Below are positions 36,759 to 45,500 of a DNA stretch of 64,000 nucleotides, one piece after another. This stretch comes from an uncultured Clostridia bacterium (GTDB lineage: Bacteria; Bacillota; Clostridia; Christensenellales; CAG-314): contig CAMRUG010000006.1 of assembly GCA_947053925.1 (NCBI GenBank), positions 4,350-68,349 on the forward strand, read 5' to 3'. Below the pieces are notes generated by a model. The model worked only from the letters and a program-made list of their open reading frames with translations, was not told where the DNA came from and made no database searches. Each line of letters begins with the position of its first letter. The first letter of the stretch is position 1. Made by a program: the position numbers and the translations under genes.

Positions 36759-37007
36759 ATGGACTACACTTACGACACGCAACTGCTGCTTGAAGGCAAA
36801 AATTTAAACGACCAAACAATAATAGATTACATAAACAAAAATATCGAAGGCGACTGCCTGTTAGTTGTAGGCGACGACGAACTTATAAAATTGCACTATC
36901 ACACTAACACGCCTTGGAAAGTACTGGAATACTGCGCGTCGCTCGGCGAAGTGTACGACGTTGTTATCGAAAATATGGTACGTCAGGCAAACGGACTTCA
37001 AGGATAG
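36759..37007 (+). CDS. small protein resembling the central domain of FakA/YloV (DAK2-fusion) proteins
   Basis: GDCLLVVGDDELIKLHYHTNTPWKVLEY...VVIENMVRQ resembles the ...VVGD..IKVHVHT..P......IENM..Q segment of FakA/YloV. RBS AAGGAGA. It may be a free-standing domain or a gene remnant. Confidence 0.45.
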   Translation: MDYTYDTQLLLEGKNLNDQTIIDYINKNIEGDCLLVVGDDELIKLHYHTNTPWKVLEYCASLGEVYDVVIENMVRQANGLQG

Positions 37008-37023
37008 TAATCAGTCAATAACC

Positions 37024-37088
37024 GACAAAAAATATTGTCTCGGTTAAACAACGGCGATAATTCTTGTTGCAAATCCGACAAACGTAAA
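37024..37088 (-). repeat. terminator-adjacent dispersed repeat, copy H
   Basis: The minus strand reads TTTTTACGTTTGTCGGATTTGCAACAAGAATTATCGCCGTTGTTTAACCGAGACAATATTTTTT, directly after the 37086-37115 hairpin. Confidence 0.65.
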
Positions 37089-37115
37089 AATGCCGACCTT
37101 TTAGGTCGGCATTTT
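37086..37115. terminator. bidirectional intrinsic terminator
   Basis: A5-TGCCGACC-tttta-GGTCGGCA-T4, between convergent genes. Confidence 0.75.
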
Positions 37116-37139
37116 GTATACTTGATAAAATATTTTAAA

Positions 37140-37373
37140 TCAGGTCAAAATAAGTCTCTTTTGAATCAAGCAAGAGAACAAGTCTATCCAACCGAGAAGA
37201 ACACCGGTAGGAAGTATTGCCAAAATCAATACTAAAATCTGCTTACCTGCTTTTCCGTGAAGTGCTGCTGAAACACGGACTATAATTTCCGTAAACCAGT
37301 TAACACCGGGGATAAGGAGTAAAATTATTTGTACAAGTCTGGGTAATTTATTAAAACCGCTGAGTGCCGACAT
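37140..37373 (-). CDS. small membrane protein (77 aa, 2 TM helices)
   Basis: RBS AGGAGG upstream and two hydrophobic segments. Confidence 0.5.
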   Translation of the reverse strand: MSALSGFNKLPRLVQIILLLIPGVNWFTEIIVRVSAALHGKAGKQILVLILAILPTGVLLGWIDLFSCLIQKRLILT

Positions 37374-37613
37374 ATTAAACCTCCTAATTTATATTTATGT
37401 TATGTCTAAATGTTATGTTACAGTATTTTTTCCGTTTTGTCAATACCGTATACGCAAAAAAATATTGCAATAATTTTTAATGGAAATAGAGATATTATAA
37501 ACGGAGTCTATATATGTTATGTATTCATATTCAGACTATATGTTAGCCGTCATTTTCTGTATTCCAAATACTTCAATGCAACCGCTTGCCGTTTAGAATA
37601 AACCAAATTTCAA

Positions 37614-38105
37614 TCAATCGTCTACAATTACGGTCGTTTTATTTATGCTTGCAAGAAACTTTTTAAAGTCGCAAAGATTCAAAACAACCGTTGCCGTATT
37701 ATCGCAAGGATGGAATTTGACGCGTTGGGCATTCCACACATCCTCATCTATTAAAAGCGGCGCAGAGTACTTTGCCGTATCCTCGTTGAGATAAGCAAAC
37801 GGCGAAACACTGCCGCGGTGAACGCCCAAATCGGCAAGCAGTTTTGCTTCCGTAGCAAATTCAAACTTTGCCGTTCCTACATATCCGGCAAGTTTGCGCA
37901 TATCCGCACGCTTGTCAAAAGGCAACACGACCAAATAATAATTGTCGCTTTTTTTGTCCTTTACATACAGACTTTTGCACGACATACAGTTATCAACGTG
38001 TATTACAAGGCGCGATTCTTCCGTAGTAACTACCGCATCGTGCCGTAACAATTCGTAAGATATACCCAAGCCGTCCAAATAATCGGTAACTTTGTTTTTA
38101 AACAT
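37614..38105 (-). CDS. YbaK/ProX-type aminoacyl-tRNA editing (deacylase) domain protein
   Basis: The pattern KSLYVKDKK...YYLVVLP...ADLGVHRGSVSPFA is typical of the YbaK/EbsC fold. ATG at 38105 after AAAGGAAAGG. Confidence 0.75.
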   Translation of the reverse strand: MFKNKVTDYLDGLGISYELLRHDAVVTTEESRLVIHVDNCMSCKSLYVKDKKSDNYYLVVLPFDKRADMRKLAGYVGTAKFEFATEAKLLADLGVHRGSVSPFAYLNEDTAKYSAPLLIDEDVWNAQRVKFHPCDNTATVVLNLCDFKKFLASINKTTVIVDD

Positions 38106-38187
38106 ACCTTTCCTTTGTAAGCAACAAGCGCGACCAAGCAAATTTTAGCCGCGCTTTATTGTTGAAAATTCAAATTCAGTTTACACC

Positions 38188-38478
38188 TTAAAACAGCGCA
38201 AGAATGTTGGGCAAAATAAGTCCTACAAGCGCAACCAAAAGTATCAAGAAGTACAGAACTTTCCAAACAACTTCCTTATTTGCAACGTAACGCCAAGCAA
38301 GTACGGCTACTACGCACAGCATCAACGCCGAAGCGACTGCGAGCAAAAGGTTGAATACGCCTGCAACAGCAGGTATAAACGAGAAAATCAAACCCAACAA
38401 ATACAGTATAGCTGCAATACCCATAAGCCAAAACGACAATTTGTTAAGACTGATAGGATTTCTTGGTTTCTTAGACAT
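38188..38478 (-). CDS. small membrane protein (96 aa, 3 TM helices)
   Basis: RBS AGGAGGG and three hydrophobic helices. Confidence 0.5.
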   Translation of the reverse strand: MSKKPRNPISLNKLSFWLMGIAAILYLLGLIFSFIPAVAGVFNLLLAVASALMLCVVAVLAWRYVANKEVVWKVLYFLILLVALVGLILPNILALF

Positions 38479-38564
38479 AATGCATATCCCTCCTTATTAT
38501 TATGTTAAAATTATAGCAAACTAACACCGAAAAATCAATTGTTTACAATAATATTTGTATTTCT

Positions 38565-39260
38565 CTATTCTGCTTCGTACAAATAAAACATAACTCCGCT
38601 AAAAATGTAACTGCAAATCTTTTCACGGTGAGCGGCGGTTTGCAAAAGTTCCGCTTCAGCATCGTTGCTCAAAAATCCGCACTCGACAATAACTGCTGGA
38701 CAGTCTGTTTCTCGGCAAACGTAATAATCGCCGGCTATTGCCTGATGATTATTGCCGGTGCTGTCGTTAAACACCTTTTGCAGACATTCGGCAAGTTTTT
38801 GTCCGTCATCTTTGCCCTTTTGATAAAACACTTGCGGACCCGCCCTGTACGACTGCGAAAATTTGTTCATATGTACACTGATAACTAAGTTAGGCTGTAC
38901 CTTATCGATTATTGCTTTGCGCGCTTTCATATCCCTGAGTTTAAATCCGTTTGTAGGCAGCCCGTACAAGCCGTCCTCCGTCTTGCGCGTTTGCACTACG
39001 TTAAAACCGCTGTTTGCAAATATCTCGCCCAAAGTTTTAGAATACGCCAAATTCAACGACGATTCTTTAACGCCGTCGGAAGAGACCACTCCTCCGTCAA
39101 TACCGCCGTGTCCTGCGTCGATTACTACGGTAAAATCAATGAGCGAATTGTTACTGTTTGCAAACTGTTTTACACACACGACGGCAGTCAAAGCCAACTC
39201 TGCGGCAATCAATATCAACAGTACCAACACTAGTCTTCTTCTTTTAACAACAATAAACAT
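38565..39260 (-). CDS. cwlD: N-acetylmuramoyl-L-alanine amidase (Amidase_3), CwlD-like
   Basis: N-terminal TM helix, then VVIDAGHGGIDGG...ISVHMN...ECGFLSN. The size (~231 aa) matches germination-specific CwlD. Confidence 0.7.
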   Translation of the reverse strand: MFIVVKRRRLVLVLLILIAAELALTAVVCVKQFANSNNSLIDFTVVIDAGHGGIDGGVVSSDGVKESSLNLAYSKTLGEIFANSGFNVVQTRKTEDGLYGLPTNGFKLRDMKARKAIIDKVQPNLVISVHMNKFSQSYRAGPQVFYQKGKDDGQKLAECLQKVFNDSTGNNHQAIAGDYYVCRETDCPAVIVECGFLSNDAEAELLQTAAHREKICSYIFSGVMFYLYEAE

Positions 39261-39401
39261 TTTGCCCCTTTTTTACGGCTGAATTCGCCTGTTTTTCCAC
39301 TGTTTTTTATTTTGAATTTTTTAATGCTGTAAACACATTTTTTTGCCGAAAAATTCAAAAATCGACATTTTTCGCCCGATTTTGACTAAAAATGTGCATA
39401 G

Positions 39402-39453
39402 TTATACACTTATCCACAGAGTTATCCACAATGACAAATTCCATTGTGGACAA
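39402..39453. promoter_or_regulatory. DnaA-box cluster
   Basis: Two perfect TTATCCACA boxes (39410-39418, 39422-39430), an inverted TTGTCCACA (39445-39453) and a weak TTATACACT (39402-39410). Boxes 2 and 3 sit in the palindrome CCACAATG-N8-CATTGTGG. Confidence 0.7.
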
Positions 39454-39954
39454 ACTGTTTCATATTTTTTGTGAAACGGACAAGCGTTAATTACAAGACT
39501 AGATTATGCCGTCCAAACGCAAAAAATCACCTTATTGACTTTGCTGTTTATATATTTTATTGTAGAAATTTGAACTATTTTACAAATAGTATCGACTACT
39601 TTTGAATGCAAAGTTATATAAACTACAAGTTTGTATTTAAACCTGTTAATAAATAATACTCCGACAGAAAAATAGAACAAGTTTTTATTGAAAAACGGCA
39701 GTTGACCGTTACTTCAATCTTAACAAAAATCAATCGAACAAATTACACAAACTACGATTCCGTTTCTAAACAACTCTGCAAAAACCGCGTCAAATTATTT
39801 TTTTTGTACAATGCATTTCACATTTTCCTTCTTCACAAAAATCAAACAATGCTAACGCACGCTTACTTTATTTGTCTTATATTTAAATTGGAATACACAG
39901 TCTAAAACGCCCGCAATAAGTTAATACTTAAAAAAACAAAAAAAGGAGAACTAT

Positions 39955-41193
39955 ATGTTAAACCCGTTTAACGAGCAACCGATTAAAACTTGCGAAGACT
40001 TTTATAATTGGAAAGAACTTGCACCCAAACCGTACAACAAATTTGACGTAGACCCGTATACACGCGTACGCGTTATACTTGCAAACGGCGCCGAATACGA
40101 GGCAGTAGGCTTTTGCCACCAGTTTCACCGCCACTGCCCCGATAACGACATTCGCCGCGAACTTGCGTTATTGCGCCGTAAAGAGCAACAACAGCAAAAA
40201 CGCATCTCGGCGTTAAAACCTATCGGCGAAGGCATACTGGAACACACAATCGGCTACGAACAACTTGCCGTAGACCTTACTGCAATTTTTGCCGAACGCG
40301 AAAGCAACAAATACGTCAAGGAAGCAATGAATTTTGCATTGCTGGAAGACTTTGACCACCTGTACCGTTACGCAGACCTTTTAGAAATGGACAAGGGCGT
40401 AATTGCCGAAAAATTGGTAGGTAAATATACCGAACTTATGCCGGGGCGTCCTACGATATCCGAACACCGCTATCCTATGGACGACGTAAAACGTTACGTC
40501 AACTTTAAACAAGCGGGCAGTCTGACTAAACTCGACATAAATATTCTTACCGCCGCCGAACAGCAAACAATGAACTATTATATGAATCAAGCGGCTTTTT
40601 ACCAAAACAAACTCGGCAGACAACTATATACGGAAATAGGTATGATAGAAGAACAGCACGTTACGCTCTACGGCGGACTTAAAGACACTACTTGTACTTG
40701 GCTTGAGGAAGCGCTGATGCACGAGTATACCGAATGTTACCTTTATTACTCTTTGATGCAAGACGAAACGGACGATTATATCAAACGTATATGGGAACAG
40801 CATTTTAACGACGAATTGGCGCACTTGCACAAAGTTAAAGAATTGCTGTTAAAACACGAAAACAAACAATGGCAGCAAGTAATCCCGCAAGGAGAATTCC
40901 CCGAACTGCTAAGTTTCCGTTCAAATATCCAGTACGTACGCGACGTATTGGCAAACACGGTAAACATTACTGCAAAGCGCGAAGAATATATACCCGTAGA
41001 CAAACTTGACTCTGACGCAAAATTCTTTGAATATCAGCATCAAGTTAACTACAAAGACGACTATGTTGCAAGCCACAACGTATTAAAAAAGTATATAGCC
41101 GATAACCGCAAAGACTACCGCTACGAAACGGCGGCGCACCCCATTGAAGAACTGCGCGACCGTAAGCACGACAACACTACCGTGGGCAGATAG
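39955..41193 (+). CDS. ferritin-like (di-iron carboxylate type) domain protein
   Basis: 412 aa with several E..(E/D)xxH-type motifs (LLEDFDHL, IEEQHV, NDELAHLH) spaced as in four-helix-bundle di-iron proteins. RBS AAAGGAGAA. Confidence 0.45.
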   Translation: MLNPFNEQPIKTCEDFYNWKELAPKPYNKFDVDPYTRVRVILANGAEYEAVGFCHQFHRHCPDNDIRRELALLRRKEQQQQKRISALKPIGEGILEHTIGYEQLAVDLTAIFAERESNKYVKEAMNFALLEDFDHLYRYADLLEMDKGVIAEKLVGKYTELMPGRPTISEHRYPMDDVKRYVNFKQAGSLTKLDINILTAAEQQTMNYYMNQAAFYQNKLGRQLYTEIGMIEEQHVTLYGGLKDTTCTWLEEALMHEYTECYLYYSLMQDETDDYIKRIWEQHFNDELAHLHKVKELLLKHENKQWQQVIPQGEFPELLSFRSNIQYVRDVLANTVNITAKREEYIPVDKLDSDAKFFEYQHQVNYKDDYVASHNVLKKYIADNRKDYRYETAAHPIEELRDRKHDNTTVGR

Positions 41194-41199
41194 TTTTTT

Positions 41200-41331
41200 A
41201 TGACAAACAAAAGTTTACAAGAAAACAACTATTTCTCCGACGTAAAAAATACCGACGATTTCTTTCTGCACGCAGGAGTATATACGCCGTTCGAGTCCTT
41301 CTTTATGTATCCGTCGGGAATTATGCCCTAA
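41200..41331 (+). CDS. small ORF (43 aa) starting 6 nt after the ferritin-like gene
   Basis: Its ATG lies 6 nt after the upstream stop, with no obvious SD. MTNKSLQENNYFSDVKNTDDFFLHAGVYTPFESFFMYPSGIMP. Confidence 0.2.
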   Translation: MTNKSLQENNYFSDVKNTDDFFLHAGVYTPFESFFMYPSGIMP

Positions 41332-41594
41332 ATGCGAAAAGCGGTAAGATAGCCCAACGGTTAAAACAGTAATTTAATGCGATTAAGCACTGTAAATTCC
41401 GCGAATGCTAATTTATAGTAATACAACTTAATCAATACATTTTAGCGTATTACAATTTAATTAACTTCGGATATCTACCGTTAGATTTAGTTTGCTGTTT
41501 TATTGCAAAAATGCTTTTAATATCGTGCGTATAAACAAACGTCGGGTTTTCACCGTCCGATACGTGCAATAAACTGCAAATGAATTATGATTTT

Positions 41595-41648
41595 AAAACA
41601 AAAAAACAACTGTCAATCTACTTGATTAAACAAGTAGGTTGACAGTTG
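41595..41648 (-). terminator. strong intrinsic terminator
   Basis: 18-bp stem CAACTGTCAA(C/T)CTACTTG with a 6-nt loop, followed on the minus strand by TTTTTTTGTTTT. It lies about 245 nt downstream of the DUF378 gene stop. Confidence 0.75.
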
Positions 41649-41893
41649 CCAACGTAAATATATTACGTTTTGCGGCTCAAATAACAGCCGCGTTTTGTTT
41701 AGCAAAGCAAAATTAAGTTCTGATAAACCGAGTGTTTTATTTCTAATCCGCCGACAAATCTCTAAAGTTAAATTGTAAATTTGTTATTAACTCTTTAATA
41801 GACCGTACTGTCTCATCCTGTCGGCATTACAAAGCAACATTGTATTTAGTAAACATATCGGTTTTACAGACCTAAATTTTCACATTGCAACAA

Positions 41894-42172
41894 CTAATTG
41901 TTGTTTTTTACCGCACGGTGTTCGGAATATTTGTAATCTCTTGCGGTTGTATCGCTTTCCACCATATTAAAGCGCGATACGCACAGCCATACTATCATAA
42001 ATATACCTGAGATACCCACTAAGATATACAACAATCTTTCCAACCAAACCATTCCGAAAGTAATCCAGTTTACAAAGTTGAAACCGAAAATACCTACCGC
42101 CAGCCAGTTAAGCGCGCCGACGATTGTCAAAATAAGCGCGATAACCGAAAAAACGTTGAAAACTTTTTTCAC
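41894..42172 (-). CDS. DUF378-family small membrane protein
   Basis: IVGALNWLAVGIFGFNFV signature. GTG at 42172, 8 nt after AAGGAGGG. Confidence 0.7.
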   Translation of the reverse strand: MKKVFNVFSVIALILTIVGALNWLAVGIFGFNFVNWITFGMVWLERLLYILVGISGIFMIVWLCVSRFNMVESDTTARDYKYSEHRAVKNNN

Positions 42173-42323
42173 AGTGTTTTCCCTCCTTGTTAGTTGTACG
42201 GATAGTATGCGTAACAAAACAAAGAATATACGCCTAAAATATTGCCTTGATAGTTTTATAAAACAACTACGGTATTTTCTGACAAAAACAGTCGCAATTT
42301 AAACGGCATTTCCCATATAGATT

Positions 42324-42361
42324 AAAAAGAGCGAAGAATTTCAGAATTCTTCGCTCTTTTT
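42324..42361. terminator. bidirectional intrinsic terminator
   Basis: Perfect 13-bp stem AGAGCGAAGAATT / AATTCTTCGCTCT, 4-nt loop, with A5 and T5 flanks. Confidence 0.8.
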
Positions 42362-42394
42362 ATTGCCCGATAAATTGTAATTTATCGTTATAGT

Positions 42395-42766
42395 TTATTT
42401 CGTAACTTTAATTTTAAATTTACCAATAAAATTATTGTATTCCGCAACAAGCGAATATGTATCCGTTTTTTTCAAAACAAACCAAGTTACCGACTCTTTT
42501 GCACTGTCAAGATTATAAACTACATTCCCTTGAGAATCACATAGTGTGATGTCTAAGGTTCCGCTTTCAATATCGGACGAAAATGAAAATTTCAAATTAT
42601 CGCCACTCTCTCCATTGAACGTAAAATCGGAAATGCTTGATGTCGATTGCCTGCAAGAATAATTGATATTACCCAATGTGCTTGGTCTTGTTATAAAATA
42701 GACGCTTAAAAATATAATCGCAATAGCTAAAATGATAGCTCCTATGACAATTGCTTTTTTCTTCAT
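42395..42766 (-). CDS. hypothetical membrane-anchored/secreted protein
   Basis: 123 aa with an N-terminal TM/signal segment and a beta-rich remainder. Confidence 0.5.
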   Translation of the reverse strand: MKKKAIVIGAIILAIAIIFLSVYFITRPSTLGNINYSCRQSTSSISDFTFNGESGDNLKFSFSSDIESGTLDITLCDSQGNVVYNLDSAKESVTWFVLKKTDTYSLVAEYNNFIGKFKIKVTK

Positions 42767-42969
42767 TTTAATCTCCGCTAAATTACTGTTTGTTTTTTTG
42801 GGGATGTTTTATTATAAATACAATAAAAAGTAAAGTAAACAAGCGCATATGCCTTGCTTGCAAGGTATGGTGCGCCATACTTATATTTTGTAGTAAAATT
42901 CCCTATGGGAGCTACGGTAGCGGCTGTTGTATGTTTTTTCTCAAAGGTATTTTACCTGTTAGCTTCTGT

Positions 42970-43587
42970 TTATTCGTCATCTTGCTTAAAGTTATGTATT
43001 ACTTGGTTTACAGTGTCAAAGCCGTATCCTCGGCTGATTAAATAGCGTTGAAGTTTTTGCAATGTTTTAACGTCTGACGGTTTTCCTTTCATATACTTTA
43101 CTGCAAGCTGCGCCGCAGCATTCACACTCCTTTCGCCGTCCTGTACGCAATACTTGTCGATAAGCGCTTTAGAAATGCCCTTTACGCTTAATTCCTGTTT
43201 GAGTCTGTATTCGCCCTTGCTTTGTGAATTTTGCTCGACATAAAGCCTTGCATACGTTTCGTCATCCAAGTATTTCAATTCTTTCAGCCTGTCGACTACA
43301 TTTGAAACAACATCGGGACTATACCCTTTTCCTGTAAGATATTCGCGCATTTGCTTGCACGTCTTCATACAACGCGACAAATAGTTTACCGCCCTTTCAA
43401 ACGCAACCGATTTTTCGCTGTCGAAAACTGCCTGCGCAAGTTGCTCTTCACTGACTTCTCTGCCTATTTTAAGCCCGAGTTTCATTACCGTAAGCATTTC
43501 TAACCCGAAAGCAAATTCGCCGTCAATGTAAACGTTGGCGCGCGATTTATTGTTTTTTTGAATTTGCATATCCGTTATCTTCGGCAT
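42970..43587 (-). CDS. recX: RecX family regulatory protein
   Basis: VYIDGEFAFGL...AVNYLSRCMKTCKQMREYLTGKGY...VVDRLKELKYLDDETYA repeat architecture. Confidence 0.8.
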   Translation of the reverse strand: MPKITDMQIQKNNKSRANVYIDGEFAFGLEMLTVMKLGLKIGREVSEEQLAQAVFDSEKSVAFERAVNYLSRCMKTCKQMREYLTGKGYSPDVVSNVVDRLKELKYLDDETYARLYVEQNSQSKGEYRLKQELSVKGISKALIDKYCVQDGERSVNAAAQLAVKYMKGKPSDVKTLQKLQRYLISRGYGFDTVNQVIHNFKQDDE

Positions 43588-43994
43588 TTTATCTCCTAAT
43601 TCCGTCCTGCACTATTTAAACAATTATGTATCAATGTAAAACACACAAACATATTATTCCCTGTTGAAAGTATTAAGCAATGTCAAAATAAGTAATTACA
43701 GTAATCTTTGACATAGGATATTGCTTATTTGAGAAACCGACATATATCCGCTACAAATCCATTTAAATGTTTTACAGAAATGTGATTTTACAAATACCTA
43801 CTGCGTGCGTGATACAATATAATAACAGTCGGTTTATCGAGTTAGTTGTGATTTAACGTCATTAACTGTTGTTATGCATATCATTATACTACCCGCCGCG
43901 CAAAATTTCAAGCGCGTCGACCGACAAACGGATACAATATCTTATCTATGAAACTTTTTTTAACATATCACGGATTTACTGACAGTAAAACTCA

Positions 43995-44052
43995 ATGTGA
44001 AACTGTCGCCGTTTAACAGCGGCTTGACAATTTTTGCTCAAAGGATGATAAG
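43995..44052 (-). repeat. terminator-adjacent dispersed repeat, copy D
   Basis: The minus strand reads CTTATCATCCTTTGAGCAAAAATTGTCAAGCCGCTGTTAAACGGCGACAGTTTCAC, after a weak hairpin plus T6. Confidence 0.65.
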
Positions 44053-44170
44053 AAAAAAGCGGCTTGCTTTAAGCAAACACGCATTCTGTCTGTACTCTCA
44101 CGTTACATATTTTCAATTCAAAAACAAATACAAATGCAATATTTATATCCGATAGAAATATATTGCGACA

Positions 44171-44554
44171 TTAAACCGAATGTAAATTTTTGTATCTTTC
44201 CACAGCCTGCCTGTACTTTGCCGCAACTTTACTTATATACGCCTGCTTATCTTTTGCGGATAAGGTTGCCATATACTCTTGATCGGCAAGGCGCATTATT
44301 GGATTAGATACGGTTTCGGTACTGTCTAAAATTTCCTCGACCTTTTTGTAAAATTCCTGTTCTTCGCAAAAACCGTCGTAATCGTAAATTTGCTGTTGCA
44401 ACAAACGGTGCTGTTCTTCTCCCACTTTACGGGCATTAAGCCCAAGCGTTGCCGCAACCTGCTTTTCCGTTTGTATATTTTGCTTTGCTTCTTCCCAAAA
44501 ACCGCTCTTCATACGCTCCTTGGCGCGCTTGGCATATTCTTTAAATGTAGACAT
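44171..44554 (-). CDS. hypothetical protein (127 aa)
   Basis: ATG at 44554 after GGGGG. The 31-codon N-terminal extension in the track is read-through of repeat copy C. Confidence 0.5.
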   Translation of the reverse strand: MSTFKEYAKRAKERMKSGFWEEAKQNIQTEKQVAATLGLNARKVGEEQHRLLQQQIYDYDGFCEEQEFYKKVEEILDSTETVSNPIMRLADQEYMATLSAKDKQAYISKVAAKYRQAVERYKNLHSV

Positions 44555-44585
44555 AAGTACCCCCGAACCGTCAGGTAAAAGTAAA

Positions 44586-44650
44586 TTAAAATAAAAATTG
44601 TCATCGCTTAACAGCGGCTCGACAATTTTTGTTGCAAAGGTAGACAATAA
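44586..44650 (-). repeat. terminator-adjacent dispersed repeat, copy C
   Basis: The minus strand reads TTTTATTGTCTACCTTTGCAACAAAAATTGTCGAGCCGCTGTTAAGCGATGACAATTTTTATTTT, with the 10-bp hairpin AAAAATTGTC / GACAATTTTT. Confidence 0.75.
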
Positions 44651-44685
44651 AAGACTGCTTACCGAAATTAAGTAAGCAGTTTTTA
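44648..44685. terminator. bidirectional terminator downstream of rpsU
   Basis: ACTGCTTAC / GTAAGCAGT stem with T-runs on both strands. Confidence 0.7.
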
Positions 44686-44723
44686 TCTTGTGTACATTTA
44701 AAAATCTTTAGTAAAAAGCAAAA

Positions 44724-44900
44724 TTACATCTTACTGCGTTTTCTTGCAGCTTCTGCCTTCTTCTTACGTCTAACACTAGGTTTTTCGTACTGTTCCTTTT
44801 TACGAAGATCGCCAATGATACCGTCGCGGGCGCAACGTCTTTTGAAACGACGCAATGCGCTGTCTAATGTTTCGTTTTCACCGACTTTGATTGTAGCCAT
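44724..44900 (-). CDS. rpsU: 30S ribosomal protein S21
   Basis: It is below the track cutoff. The translation is [68 protein letters not shown]. Confidence 0.9.
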   Translation of the reverse strand: MATIKVGENETLDSALRRFKRRCARDGIIGDLRKKEQYEKPSVRRKKKAEAARKRSKM

Positions 44901-45051
44901 TTCCTATTCGCCTCCTTTCCGTATCTTGGTTAAAATCCGTATGTTGTAATTATGCCACATCTAAACATTGTTGTCAATTATTTATATCGTAAAACTTGCG
45001 TCTTTTTTGTATGCACAGAGGTACAAATGAACACTTGCTCAAACGCTGAAT

Positions 45052-45462
45052 TTACTTGTTAGAAATAGCCAGTTCTCCGCAAATTTCACTTAAATTCAAA
45101 TCGAATTTTTCGTTTAAACCCCAAGTATTAAGTCCGTCTTCCTGTTTACGGGGTATTATGTGAAAATGCAAATGGAATACCGATTGCTGAGCCGAAGCAC
45201 CGCTGGCGTTTAGTACGTTTAATCCCGTAAAACCGCAATTTTGAACATAATGTTTGGATATTTTCTGCACTGTGTTTATAACCGCTTCAAGATATTCTCT
45301 GTCGCAATCGAGCACGTTTTCACAATGCTTTTTGGGTATTACCAGCGTATGTCCGTAACTGTCGCAGGAAATATCTAAAAAAGCATACGTCTTGTCGTCT
45401 TCGTAAATTCTATACGAAGGAATTTCGCCTTTAATTATTTTACAAAAAATGCAATCGTCCAT
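45052..45462 (-). CDS. HIT-family (histidine triad) protein
   Basis: CIFCKI start and the HLHFHIIP triad. Confidence 0.9.
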   Translation of the reverse strand: MDDCIFCKIIKGEIPSYRIYEDDKTYAFLDISCDSYGHTLVIPKKHCENVLDCDREYLEAVINTVQKISKHYVQNCGFTGLNVLNASGASAQQSVFHLHFHIIPRKQEDGLNTWGLNEKFDLNLSEICGELAISNK

Positions 45463-45500
45463 AAATTTTATCCCCTTGAATATATCTTAATATACTACAA

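Noticed and set aside
39300-39460. The chromosomal replication origin (oriC).
   Set aside because: No dnaA or dnaN gene is adjacent, and there is no switch in gene-strand bias (minus-strand genes dominate on both sides). There are only 3-4 boxes, and I saw no DnaA-trio or 13-mer unwinding element. It is kept as a DnaA-box cluster instead.
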